A stretch of DNA of 61,751 bases, filler included, from Choristocarpus tenellus KU-1152 (GCA_964200185.2; 7 parts of 7 records of this genome joined end to end with filler, not necessarily neighbours in it), one strand, 5' to 3'. Counted from the whole stretch's first letter, positions 39,545 to 52,417 are shown. Translations and numbers: made by a program. The notes: generated by a model not told the origin, from the letters alone.

Positions 39545-42517
39545 GAGACACGTCCTCCTGAAGCTCCTTGCCAAAATGCTCAAAGGACTCATACACAGAC
39601 GTTTCCAAGTTGACCCAAGCATCCATTACAGTCTGTGTAGGATTGTGTAACATATCTGAGCCGCAGTTCCCGAGACCAACCTGTCGCCAACAACATGAAA
39701 AGAAAAACGAACAAGTATTGGGAGGGTGCCATGAGAAGTGAAGGCTATAGCCCCTTTCTTCCTACGGGATCAATTCACAATGCTCACAGTGTTGACCAAA
39801 ATCAATAGACCGATACATACCCCAGCATGTATCAGAGCATTTCCAGCAAAAGTGGAACAGACAGTAGAAGAGGCGTCTTCTTGTCTGGTTTCTTCCGAAC
39901 TAGGCACATGCCCCAAAAACCTACCACTATCACACTCCAGTATCAACACAAAACACCTTGTCTTACCTGGTTTCCTCCAAACTAGGCAAATGCCCAAAAA
40001 CATACCACCATCACACTCCAGTATCAACACAAAACACTTAGTGCATGGTTTCAACCTTATCCCTTACTGACATGCATCTCTTAGGCCCCCGAGTTTCTCA
40101 ACAGACTTTACCTTCAACCAGCATGTATCTAGCAGGTTTGATTCCCAAGAGTTAGAAGGGGAGGCTTCCCCAGCACTCCTCTGCCCTGCTGCCTCCTGGT
40201 GTGCCTGGAACAGCTTATGCAACTCCTCATGCTTATTCTACAGGCCCATCCCATCAGATGTTGGTTGTGACAGCAACATCAGATACAACAATAACAACAA
40301 CAGTAGCAGCAAGTGAGACAGTGTATGCAACATGGGAGGAGTGAATATACCATGCGTGAATTGAATATTCAGGTATATACAGAGGAGCATTGGTCTTAAC
40401 GTTAACTCTTTCAGATCTATCTTTGAAACACAACAGACTCACGAATTCACGATATGTCAAAGTGGGTAACAGTATCACAGTACACAGGTTGCAGAGCCAT
40501 GACCAGTTTTCTATACAATGAAAATCTCATGGCAGCTGCAACACCGTGTGTGTCAAGTTGTATGACCTTAAAGATACAGCACTTGGGATGGATGGCAACT
40601 ATCTCACAGGGTATTCCGGGACTGCTCGCAAACCAAAGGACTCCTCATCCCTTTCGAAAAACAACACACATGCACCGGCTCTTTTGCTTGGGTCTATACA
40701 CCACAAAGGAAATGCCACGTGCACACAAGCACAAAGCCTCAAACCAAGCAACCCCGGACACACCTCAGCAGTGCGGCATCAACATGACCGCTGGTCAGAT
40801 ACTACCACCAACAAACAATTGCACTTCCTGTTTACAAAAAAGACATCCACGCTTCATGTCCATCCAGGACACCCCACAACGTCCCAAAATCCCTTACCTT
40901 CCATGAAATAGATTCGCCATAGAAGTGCCATCCAACACACAAGCTGACTGTGAGCGCCAAGCAAGTGACAGCAAGGGCAGCTGGAAGATAGCGGCGCCAG
41001 GTGATCAGAGGTCTAGCGAGAACCTCCACTTCTTCATCACTGGGCACATCTCTTTCTGGCTCTGGTGCTGGGACTGCCACCACTACTGCCCGGTCAGCGT
41101 GGCCCTCTCGCAAGTCATTCTTCTCTCCCAGGGCTTTGTCGGTTTCTGCTGGTGCAGGTGTGTGTTGCCCTCCTACCTCACCTAAGGATCTTTCTGCTGC
41201 ATCGCTCTCGAATAGCCCGGCCCTAATGGAAAAACAGAGTTTATGGAGTCAGAGTTTGGGCGACCAGGGGTGGGTAGGAGGAGATTCACGAGCATTGCTT
41301 GGAAACTTGTGCACAGTTGTGAGGTACTACTAATGTACACCTAAAGGCGATAAGGTTTGGGGATAGAGGGGCCCAGAACACTCTAATGTGTGTAATTCTA
41401 TGGCAGAGAGCAGAGCAAAACACTTTCATTTTCTGCAGAACGGAATTGTTGTGAAAATATGCTCGTTATCTATCCAGTTTCGTTCCAGGGCCTCGGTCCT
41501 CCTCCAAAGATAAACATGATTGCACGTTTCATACACGTATGTGAACGGTCGATATGAAACATTCCAATAAGCACTAGACATTTTGGAAACCTCACATATC
41601 ATGTGGAGGGATTTCATGAGGTCTCCATTCAAGATCATTAAGGTCATGAACCATTTAAGCATTGTCGGGACATCTGACCTCGAGGTCGAGACCTCCGCCC
41701 TTCAAAAACTTCAACACCCCACCCGTGAACCTTCATAGAGATTCCCATATGCAAATCAGCACAGTGCATGTAGTGCAGGATACGAGAGATGCATGATACC
41801 AAGCTAAATGCAAGTCCAAATGTAGAAATAAGCCCAATAATCTCGAAGAGGCGCTAGGGCAACAACTTCAGCTTACGCATGAACTGGAGGTTCGCAACAC
41901 AAGGAAGATAGGAGAGGGCGGCATTAGCCAGTGCGAGCTTGCAAGGTTATCCTCCTGGGCACACGGTTCTGTGAAAAAAAAGTGCCATTCCTGGTTGGGA
42001 TCCATAGAGGTCGAATTCTTGTCACATTGGCCCGTGACAGGAACTACAACTCACAAAATTATTTATGTAACACAACGTTCTGGAGAGCGTATCTAATAAA
42101 TATTTGTAACATGATAACTCGAGCAGGATCTTGGCCATATCGCCAAAGACTTGTGGCACAACGTTTATACTCTGTGGCAAACTGCATAGGGAAATCTGCT
42201 TATAGAGAGAGACATGGTATGGCAGCAAATCCGGCGGAATATTACTCAACATACACCCTCTCAGTTGTAACAGCCTCGAAGAATCCTGACACCATCAGGT
42301 AAATATGCTACTCCACATAAAGCTGACGATTTCACTCTTTATCCAGATCTCACCCGACTGTCTGAAAGGCTCCTTGTACATATGGCGACCTGCCTTGATC
42401 CGGCATGACGGTTCCAGACATTCTTTGGTCTGGATTTCCATCTACTTCGACCAAATGTATCTCCTCTCCCTCACCTCGCTCGACCAGTATCACTCCCTCG
42501 TCATCTTTACTCGCCAT
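39543..42517 (-). CDS. Uncharacterised type II membrane protein, 5' part. Exons 42517-42354, 41222-40898, 40237-40112, 39680-39543
   Basis: MASKDDEGVILVERGEGEE... joins in frame through GT-AG introns (phases 2,0,0). One hydrophobic segment (YLPAALAVTCLALTVSLCVGWHFY) follows WRR. Downstream exons unresolved. Confidence 0.65.
39884..40040. repeat. Tandem duplication of an ~82-bp unit in an intron
   Basis: ctggtttc..aactaggca.atgccc..tcacactccagtatcaacacaaaacac occurs twice. Confidence 0.9.
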
Positions 42518-43144
42518 CCTCTATCTTTCCTTCTGGGGAGGTCCTACACTACTGCTTCTGTTGATGTTGAAAGACAGGTTGAATAACGTATACGATCAGC
42601 CATTTCTGCACAGACTATCCATTCCAAACTCGCGAAGCTCCCGCGAGGAATTGTCCACGTGGCGCGGTAGCGCATGTTAATAAATATTGAAAATAGTACT
42701 TCATACCAAGTGAGAGTTTAAGTAATCTGAGTTTTGTGGGCGTAAGAATTCTGGTTGGTTGGGCGCATAGGACAATCGTGGGTAGGGGAAAGAAAAAGAA
42801 GGAAGCAGGAAGAGAATGAATAGTTAAGGAAGGGACGAAATGGTTAATGGAAATGAGTGGTAGATAAAGGGAAGGACAGCAGCAAGTCAGTGATAAGAGG
42901 AAAGGAAACCAGGGGTACAAGACGAGGAGAGGAGAGACCAAGGCAACCTCCGAGCAAGCTTCTCCCACCCACCCACCCTGTCGCTTGCTCACGAACGACG
43001 GAAACGCTGGGAAAGGGGGGGGGAGGGGAGGTCAAGTTACGGTGNNNNNNNNNNNNNNNNNNNNNNNNNNNNNNNNNNNNNNNNNNNNTTAATTAATTAA
43101 NNNNNNNNNNNNNNNNNNNNNNNNNNNNNNNNNNNNNNNNNNNN

Positions 43145-45122
43145 GGAGCACCAGCATGACCAGTGGAGACTTGGACAACACGGAGATTATCTCTGGTGGT
43201 TTATGCCAGCGAAAGGGTCTGTAAGACATTCTGCGGCGAAAATACGTCGTCCTGAACTCACGGAGACACTAACGGAACAGGAACAAACATTGCACTGGAA
43301 CTACGAAAGTGGAATCAATGAAGGATTCGCGGAGGACAAGATTCCCGTGCAGCTCAACAAAGGACACACGGAGGATGAGATCCCTGTGCAGCTCAATAAA
43401 GGACGTCCTTTGAGAACGAGATCCTCGTGCAGCTCATCACAAGACCCGATATAAGCTACAGGAAGCTGAAACGGGCAATAGTCTCATCATCGTCATTCCA
43501 ACAAAGTGGACCTGCACCTTCGGCAAATATGGGAAGCTGGAGGCTAAGGAGACATGGGATATGGTACGATCGATAACGAGCAAGAACTGGAGGTCAAGGA
43601 GGATAATTTGGGTACCTGGTATGCCATGCCGAATATTTCGCACTGGGACTCTGTGACAAGATTCTTGCTTACGGAATGAGAAAAGCAATTGCTGTACCTG
43701 CCACTAGGGAAGCAGGACATTAGCAGGAGCAGTAACTAAGCCTCCACTAGAAGGGAAAGGAGGAGCTAACCGCGGGGAGCCTGGGAGCACTCTAGCCGCT
43801 GGGACCATAAACTCATGTGGAAGAGAACAGAAAGATCAGCGGAGGAAGCGGCCAAGGTACAACTGGTCAACGTACGGACCATATTACAACAGGATCCCTT
43901 ACCAGAGACGAGATCAGGACCAATAGAAGATGTTTAAACTGTGGACTGATCAAGCATATTGGTCCTTGTTCTTTGGAATGAATATGCTACAACTGTGGAG
44001 GTAGAGGACACCTTCAGATTGTTTGTTGCCAGAAGAGGAAGAGCGACACCGTCTAAACATACAGAGGAATTGGCTGGAGCAGGGTTGGAGCCAGAAAAGA
44101 AAAACAGAGGAAGGTTGGCAGCAAAGGGCTGCCTGCACAAGACTTGTAAGTCTGGGAAGTAAAGAATATCTACTCCAGACCATCAAGAACCATCTTCTAT
44201 ATCAGAGGCACTCATGGGGCCTGACACGCGAGAATGGCAAGCGGCAATGGAGAAGATGGAGCAACAATGGATGAAAGGAATATTCATGGAGAGGTTTTGG
44301 CATGGGGAAGAAATCCTGTCAAAACTGAGTCCGAATTTAAGATAAAGCCAACAGCTGAGGGGACCATTGAACAGTTCAAGGCCAGCTTGGTGGCACAGGA
44401 CTTCACTCAACGAGAGGATGTACAAAACATTCAATTATGATTTGCTTCAAGCCTGAGGGAGTGAGTGCTACGTCTAACAAGAGAAACAGCAGCGGGGAGC
44501 TGGTTCAAATTTTCACCCATACACTAAGCGAAGGATCATCATGGGACACGATTGTACATCACCGTGTCGGTACATCTAAAGAAGCAGGTACAAGACTTCG
44601 TGGACACTGTGTTGACTACATAAATGAGGTATGTTAGAGTTCATGCAATCAGTGTTCTTTTACTACGATGACAAGATAAATGTGATGTGTGTGAGAGTTG
44701 AACCTATCTGACTTCATTTACTTCCACTCTCATGGGGGAGTTTGCAAAATAAGATGTTTAGGTTTGAGAGTTCCGGCAACCCTTCATTGCCTGCACTCTC
44801 ATGGGGTAGTGTGCAAAATAGGACAATAGTGAGGTGTATCATATTTTGTGTATGAGAGATGTAACTAATGAGATAGTACATGCGGAATATGAATGGGAAT
44901 ATGTATGGGTTTTTATTTTGCATTCAACTACTTTGACATAACCATGGACTTACGCATGAGGCACAAATAATAATAAACAAGCAATGAGAAGACACCCCAC
45001 TAAGGTCACTCTTCTAATTTTAGCCATGTAATCATGTTCAGCAATGGGGAACCGTGTGAGACTTCACACCTTCTTGTCTTCACTACTGATAAATAGCATT
45101 ACTTCCCAAGGTAAATTGCACA
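43145..45122 (+). mobile_element. Second, truncated and rearranged Copia element of the same family; LTR 44810-45122
   Basis: LTR TGTGCAA...TTGCACA resembles the reverse complement of 35829-36162 and follows a purine-rich tract. RT N-terminus EALMGPDTREWQAAME..FKIK..GTIEQFKASLVAQDFTQRE. Three ~39-bp spacer repeats at ~43320-43440. Confidence 0.85.
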
Positions 45123-45825
45123 TTCTGCAGTTGTAGAAAATGGCGTATTGTTTCCCATTGTCGGGATCCTTAGAATGAAACCCTGCCTACCAACATCTCG
45201 GTTGGTTTGGCTCTGACCCTTATGAGGTTGTGGCATGGACAATAATTTTGGCGCACTTCAACATATCTGGCTTCTTCTACGCGATGCTTCTTTTGTGGCT
45301 CAATCTTGTTGACAACTTGTAGAATCTATGTGAACCTGACGCACTGCTTGCTGCACGGAGTCCGGGCTCATTATGCACTCTCGAGTACAGTTGCTGTGAG
45401 CGGAGAGGTAGGCAGGTTTGGACCCTTTTGTACCCTTGGCCATCTTTCTTACCCTGTGCAATATTCTCTATTTAACTGCTTTATGTGAGCAACAGCGTAC
45501 GCTAGATTGATATTCCCCCTTTCCACGAACGCACAAAGTGACACCACAATTCAGCAAAGGGTCTTTCTACAATTAGAAAAAAATCGGGGTCCTTGAAATG
45601 TAACCCTGCCTACCAACCTCTCTGTTGGTTCGACTCTGTCCTTTTTGGTGCTTGTTGTTGAAGTATTTTAGTCTTCTCGTGAGGATTTCAAAGGTACCGT
45701 GGGGGTATTTGTTGTGCTCCTTGGTACTACTATCCCCTCGACTCACCACACAGTGACAGTACGCATGGGCGCTCCAGGATTGATGAGGGTAAATGGGGAT
45801 GTTATTTTTATGGAGTCGACAGTTT

Positions 45826-45894
45826 GAGCCAAAGTATCTTAGGGGGTAGAGCCGCGTCCATTTGGGGGCCATAATCGAATGTTGCGATTTAGAT
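45826..45894 (+). mobile_element. MITE copy 4, truncated by the contig end
   Basis: GAGCCAAAGTATCTTAGGGGGTAGAGCCGCGTCCATTTGGGG matches the left end of copy 5. Confidence 0.88.
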
Positions 45895-46030
45895 NNNNNN
45901 NNNNNNNNNNNNNNNNNNNNNNNNNNNNNNNNNNNNNNTTAATTAATTAANNNNNNNNNNNNNNNNNNNNNNNNNNNNNNNNNNNNNNNNNNNNAGACGA
46001 GTGTATGATTTTTTTTTTATCCTTTTCATG

Positions 46031-46495
46031 ATCGGTGAGACCACCCTTTCGATCCCACCGATCCTGAAAATCCGTGCGTCACATTTTCCAGAATTTGTAA
46101 ATCAGATTATGTCCGTTATTTATATTCTTGGAAATTCCAAATGCATCAGTGTTTGTATTTTTTAAGATACCAAACGCATACTTGATTGTTGTTGTATATT
46201 TCCATTGTTCCGAAATCAGCTTTGTTTCGGAACTCGGGCGATAGATGGGACCACCCTTTCGATCCCACCGATCCAGAAAATCCGTGCGTTACATTTTTCA
46301 GAAGTTGTAAATCAGATTATATCAGTGACTTACTGTCTTTAAGATACCAATCACATAATGAAGTCTTATTATATATTTTCAATGTTCGGGAATCAATTTG
46401 TTTCGGAACACGGGCGATAGATGGGACCACCCTTTCGATCCCACCGAAATCGAAAATCCGCGCGTCACATTTTCAGAAGAAGTAGTAAATCAGAG
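46031..46495. repeat. Satellite-like array, three units at ~180-210 bp spacing
   Basis: GACCACCCTTTCGATCCCACCGA..GAAAATCCG.GCGT.ACATTTT at ~46039, ~46249, ~46425. Confidence 0.9.
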
Positions 46496-46698
46496 AATTC
46501 CCGTTGATTATATTTCTAAAAAATATATTCATATCAGGAGGAGTGATTTGTAATTTTGAAGATATCAATCACATACTTATTTTATCTCGTATGTTGCCAG
46601 GAGATCACTTTGTTGGATAATATGGGAGCCATGCCGAATCGCCGCTGGATCAAACCCAAGCTTACGTCGTCGTAAAAGGTAAGGAGATTGGACTTTGT

Positions 46699-47818
46699 TT
46701 GCGATCAAGTGGACCGGAAACGTGGTGTGTATGCCTCGATGGCGAACATGATCCCCATTTGAATGAAACCTGGTCTTACGTGATGACTGGTAGGGAAAGG
46801 GTTAGGGGATATTTCCGCATGAGGATGACAGCGACCTTCCAGGGTCTCCTACTGTGCAGCACAAGAATCATATCCCCCAAACCATGATCATGGCAGCCAA
46901 CGCCCGCCCAGATTCGGCTCACAGCTTTGATGGAAAGCTTGGTGTTTGGCGTGTGTGTGCTCCAAAAACGGCAGACAGGACAAGCAAGGACCATAAAAAG
47001 GGGGATGCGTATGGCCAGGACTGTACTTTAGACCATTTATGGTACAGGAAGTGGTATACGGAGGAGTTACTGCCTACAATCAAGACCAAGATAACTTTGT
47101 TGCAGGGGAAGCACATTGTCGTTCAGCGAGACGGTGCCACCCTCCAAACGGGCAAGAGCAACTCAGAAAATCTTGTCAGGGGCAGGGAAGACTAAGGGGT
47201 GGTCGATTAGGCTTGTGATGCAGTCATCTAATTCCCCCAACATCAATATTATGGACCTGTGCTTCTTCAGGTCTTTGAAATGCCGAGTGATGGGGGAGGG
47301 GTCTGGGTCCATTGAGGAGATGGTGAAGGTAATTAAGAAACACTATGAGGAGTATGATGAAACCACACTTGAGAGGGCTTGAGTCAAAGTACCTTAGAGG
47401 GTAGAGCCGCGTCCATTTGGGGACCAAAATCCAATGTTGCGATTTTGACGTAATTTTGGCTATCATTTTTGTCAGGAAGTGTCGATATCCTTGTTCCGAG
47501 CACACCTTTTCATGCCTACTTCGAAACGTATATATTTTCCTACTCCGAAACATTTCGGAGTAGGATTTGTTTTTAAACTTTCCACGCCCCAAAAGGACAA
47601 ACTGGGCAAAACTCGTACCCTCTAAGATACTTTCACTCGTTTGGCAGCTCCTTTTTGTGGTGTACAATCAAGTACTTAGATACAAAGGGGAGAATAACTT
47701 CAGTTTGGAGCACACAGGGGTAAGGAAGAGGCAGTTGTCTGGTGAGGTTGATAACACACTGAAGGTAGACATGGAGGCTTTTTTTGTAACTGATAAAATT
47801 GTGATAGATGGGGAGTAA
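46699..47818 (+). mobile_element. Tc1/mariner (plant-mariner-like) transposase pseudogene interrupted by MITE copy 5
   Basis: Motifs HLNETWSY, VQHKNHIP..ANARP..FDGKLGVW, IVVQRDGA, GWSIRLVMQSSNSPNINIMDLCFFRSL, TLER/VWQLLFVVYNQVL..GENNFSLEH; frameshifted. Confidence 0.88.
47381..47638 (+). mobile_element. MITE copy 5
   Basis: TIRs GAGTCAAAGTACCTTAGAGGGTA...TACCCTCTAAGATACTTTCACTC; TSD GCTT/GTTT. Removing the element and one TSD copy restores transposase codons E-R-V-W-Q. Confidence 0.92.
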
Positions 47819-48619
47819 TGATAATAAAAAGAGCTGACCCTAACAAGAAACTCGTCAAGGATTCCAAATCTTCTTTCAAAAATGAATTTCATAAGTATCT
47901 TCAAAAGATATGGACAACACAGCACAGACTTATGGCACAGAGGTAGTATTAATATAAGATGTTTTCTGGCATAGCATCCTATATTATATTTCAAAAGAAG
48001 ATATCATAACTTGTTGTACCTTTTCAAGAGGGACCGCCTGTCGAGAAGATACAAAGCATATCTTAATCTCGGCAAAGGGTTCACTCACAGAAAAAAATCT
48101 TGTTTGACACTCCTGTATTATTTCTGTCCTAAAACACATTTAAATCTGAACAGAGGAAGTATTGGTTATTCTCGAGTCAAGTGTACGACCGAATCATAGA
48201 TTGCAATCGAGTGCATGAGAAACTCCATAGTAAATCTAAAAAATCAAGATTTTTCAGGAGCCGTAATGCAACTGAAAACTGCTGATTTATAGTAAGTTGC
48301 ATTTTTTACACTTGTAATGTACGACTTGAACCTGCCCTTTCAGCATTTGTTTGTACGTAATTTCTGCTTGCGCTGGTATAGCACAGGTAGCCCTGTAGTT
48401 CAGAGTATATGCCAATCGCTGGCTTAAAGGCACTACCTTGATCCCTTACATGGATTGGTAAAAACCAATTTGATCCCTACCTTTAATATGAGCCACCTAT
48501 TACGTAATTCTGAATATGTAATTTTGGGCGTCTGTGCACTGTTGTTGCCATGCTCGTTCCTGCTCCTCCCAGACCAAGAAGCTTGCTTGAGCTTGGTCAC
48601 TTCCACACCACCCTCCTCA

Positions 48620-49500
48620 CGACAACTTCCAATTGGGAGGTGGTAGCACTCCAAAGGAGCTTGTAACACACAGGATATGCATTAAGCTTCCATATTGACT
48701 GTTGACATTAGCAATTACATCATCAGCTCTATCCTTGGTTATCCCTGCTTCTTCTGCTGAGAGGATTTTTTTAGGATTCATGATCACCAATTTAGTTCTC
48801 AAGAATGGACTAGACACCAAAGGTCATCGGTCGAGAGTAATACGTCTCTTCATCAGGCAGGGTGAATCTTGGGAGGAAACAAACCAAGAATGCGAACAGA
48901 TCCTCATACGGGGATCTGATATCGTCGGCAACACTGAGTGAGTGGACCCTCATATTGAGTATAAGACGGTAGTCGATCTGATATCTGAGAACGTTATCAA
49001 GATGAAGGTACCCCATCTCCCTCTTGTTGGCCAAGTATATGCGTGGGACTCTTTTTCCCTTGGGTATACTATTAAAAAACGTGTGTGTCGACAAGTAATA
49101 AGTGCAAGTAAGTTTGTTCCCCTCTGCAAACAAAATTATTTACAGGTGCTCGAATCTCCTGAGATATTCAACACATCACAGCCACATGGGGCCAAGTGTC
49201 CTGTTGTGACCCCCCCTCCCTCATCTCACCTTTCCGTGTGGGTGTTTGTGTCCATCAGGAATTAGAAGGTTGCTCTTGGAAGAAATGGTCTGCTGCTGCA
49301 CACACAAAACGCTGTGTGCAGCTTCTCTCAGAAGGTGCCCTTGATTGCCTCTGAGACTTCCTCAGTTGGGGCGTATCTCACAATGAAGAGAACCTTGGTT
49401 GAACTGCCTGACATCAGTAAACAGACCTTTATCATCTACTCTCTGAAGTACTATGGTTTAGGGGTAGCTTGTTTTAGGATTGACTCCTTCACTGCACCCT
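48620..49500 (-). mobile_element. LINE (RTE-like) remnant, APE endonuclease region
   Basis: Degenerate GAVKESI, VLFIVRYAPTE..KGTF*, F*FLMDTNTHT, TRFFNSIPKG, LHLDNVLRYQIDYRLILNMRVH follow the APE motif order (YAPT, MDANART, NTFF, IDYIL). Confidence 0.7.
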
Positions 49501-49903
49501 AATCTCTCTCCTCCATACTAGTGGTAGCAGTTACGTTACTTTGCTAACTTCACCTCCACTTAAGACTTACGTACTTCGCTTTCTTTGACCCAGAGATTTA
49601 AAATCCATAATTTCTGACTCTCCACAATGTCAAACCTCTTTATTATTATAGACTTTCCAAATTTCGTATACCCTACTATCGCGCATCTCTTTACCGTGCG
49701 CAAAACTGAAAGTGGGGTTCATCCTTCTGTGGCCCAACCACTGTAAAACACGGTCCAGTCTATTGCCTACAACATATTATTACTCCTATGTTGATGTACT
49801 TTTGTCTAAAACACGGTCCAGTCCATTGACCATAAGATAGTAGTCTTTTTATGATGTATTTTGTATTTTCCCAACAAAGATTACACTTCACTACTACTTC
49901 TAG

Positions 49904-52417
49904 ATTCCACCCCTCCACCCTCAGGAGTGCAAGAAGAAGGCCCTTCCATTGCGGAGAGCCCTACAGCAGCCGAGATGAAGCCTGCTAGACCAATTTATCG
50001 ACTGAGTGTTCAAGATAGGTTGGACGCGGCTGTGAAGAGTGCTGTGGATGAACAGCGACGACGCCACGAGAATGAAATTGATGGATTGAGTGCAGCAATG
50101 CAAAAGTGAGTACATTTTCTCATTTGTTCTCCCCCTTCATTTTCAGGGACTACGATCACAACGGGACAATAACGATTTCAGAGAATTTGATTTCGTATAC
50201 CTGAGTGTTGCAATCTTTGTACTCTTTCCGCAATCGATCGACCTTGTAATGCAGGAGTTTGACTGCTTTGGTGGAAGAGCGAGATGATGCACGGGAGGCC
50301 TTGGTGGCAGAGGAGAAGAAACATTGCGATCTACTTCAAACTGCTTCCAAGATCCTGGGACCGGAGATCCCTGCAGAGCACCTCCCCCGGATATCGATGA
50401 CACTTCGGAGTATCGAGGAAGAGGATCACTTCGATGACAAAAAAGATACCAGAATCTATGGTAGAGCTTGGGTACTCGAGGTATGAGGCGACACATTAGA
50501 AGAAAAATCGCTCAACATCTGATGTCTACTCGACGCCACCTATTAGCTGACGGTTTCCACACCGTGCCTTCGCTCAATGGCCTTCGGGCCACACTCATGT
50601 TGCAGCAACTACGCAGGTGCTTCCATGCAGTTGTTACATTGCAGGACTACCTTTCATCAGCAGGCACTGCGCTCGCCGAGGAAAGATTCGAGGCAGGCAT
50701 GCTGGACTTTCAACCCAGTATCCGTCCCTCTGTTCTAAAGCCACCCATATGTTCACCAGATCTCGAACCGGGAGACGTCGTCGCCAGGGGGGTGGCACTC
50801 AAGGCGCTACAGACATCGTTAACATCTTCACGGCAAAAGGTCTTCCAGTTGGAGAGGCTGGTCGGGGAGCTTGAGGGGAGGGAGCAAGCATCACCTGGAG
50901 GTTACACTCTAGATCGAGCTCGAACAGCCCCCCATGTTGGAGATGGAGTAGTTTCTGTTGTAGAAAGCAATGGTGAACCTTCTGGAAATAAGCTTGAAGG
51001 TGTGCTCAACTGCGACGTTGCCATGGGGCCAGGGTTGGACCATCATGGATATGAGGGCGGGGACAGGCACGAAGAATCTCGACTGAAAAAGCTTGCATCA
51101 GAAACGGGAGTAGACCTGGACGAACAGCATGCTGGACGTTTAAGTGTCAAAGATTCGCCTGAGGCAGGCGTAAATGCCACTGAAAGTGGTGATGTTGGTT
51201 TGAGCGACAGAGTTAAAGGTGTCAAGAGGGAAATGATCATGCCTCAGCACCCGCACAATTGCTCTGTTCGTTCCCATATCTCCACCTCTATCATCTCTCG
51301 ATCGGAGACAGCAATTGCAGACCTACAGCAGACAGTTGGAGGGGCACTCATGCTTGCGTACTGCTGTGGGCTGGAGCATTCCAGGCTGGGTTTAGAGGGT
51401 CAAGGTAGTCGACAACAGACTGAAGATACTTTGGAGGTCCTGAGGTTTGAAGGGGATAGTGAAGGAGGGGGTGGTGCCGATGACAACAGGGACAAATATG
51501 ACAACTCGGAAATTGCTGTTGTGGGCAATGGAAGTGAGGAGAAGGGGCAGGTGAGCGAAGGGAGAAGTGCTTCAACAAAGGTTTGTGAGGGGGGTGATGA
51601 CTCTAGTGACAAATGGTCTGTCAATGGAACATCAACCGCCTACAAGTGCGATAAGGGTGGGGATGGGGGCGAGGAGTGCGGCCAAGGCTGGTGTGTGGCC
51701 TGTTCTGTCCAAGCACAGGCAATGCGAAAATTGATGGGGAGGTGAGACAAGGTGTACCTTGTGAGGGACTTGTTTGAGGCTGATGGACTTTTAGGACTAG
51801 ATAATTTGTTGTTGATCTGAATACTTACACTCACTGTGTACCTTGGTGGGTTCACTATAGCATGCATGCTTTTTCAGTTTTTTTGTTTTTGTTTATCTAT
51901 TTTGTGATCTTACTGGAAATGTTCCCATGCACTCAGAAAACACTACTTTTTAATTTTTTTTGAAATGTGCCAACAAAGACTGACTGCTGATACATATTCT
52001 TGCGTTTTGACTCATGGTAATTCTATCGCCTTATCCTCCTGACCCTAAGAGGCAAAACTGACTCATACATGTTGTCAAAACAAACAAATGGAACCCCCCC
52101 CCCCCAATGTTCCACATTTAAGGCTGGAGGTGCTGGCCGAAGAACAAAGCAGGGGACTTAACCAATTGGAGGAGGCTTGGAACACCCACCATATGAATAG
52201 TAAAACTCATTCTTTTGAGCAAGTGGCCACTGAGGAAGGGCTTACCCGGTTTCAGGGTGCCAGAGGCAAGATTGGTTTTGCTCAGGAGGGGGCTAAAGAA
52301 TGCTCAACCGGCATGGGAGGAGGAAATAATGAAGAGCCTGCCAATGGGAGCGGTGGAGAGGGTGAGGGGAAGAAGGCTAACTGTGCTGAGGGAGATGAAG
52401 CTGTAGTGGAGTGGCAG
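49904..52417 (+). CDS. Uncharacterised coiled-coil / low-complexity protein, internal part. Exons 49904-50105, 50255-50480, 50606-51741, 52123-52417
   Basis: Frame-compatible GT-AG junctions link four ORFs. Heptad-rich segments (RLDAAVKSAVDEQRRRHENEIDGLSAAMQKSLTALVEERDDAREAL; LQTSLTSSRQKVFQLERLVGELE). Start and end not visible. Confidence 0.7.

Noticed and set aside
41678-41748. Alternative first exon MGISMKVHGW... for the membrane protein
   Set aside because: Its phase is incompatible with the acceptor at 41222, whereas exon 42517-42354 fits.
46031-46495. CRISPR-like appearance of the repeated 23-bp core
   Set aside because: Spacers are over 150 bp and homologous to each other; eukaryotic context with no cas genes.
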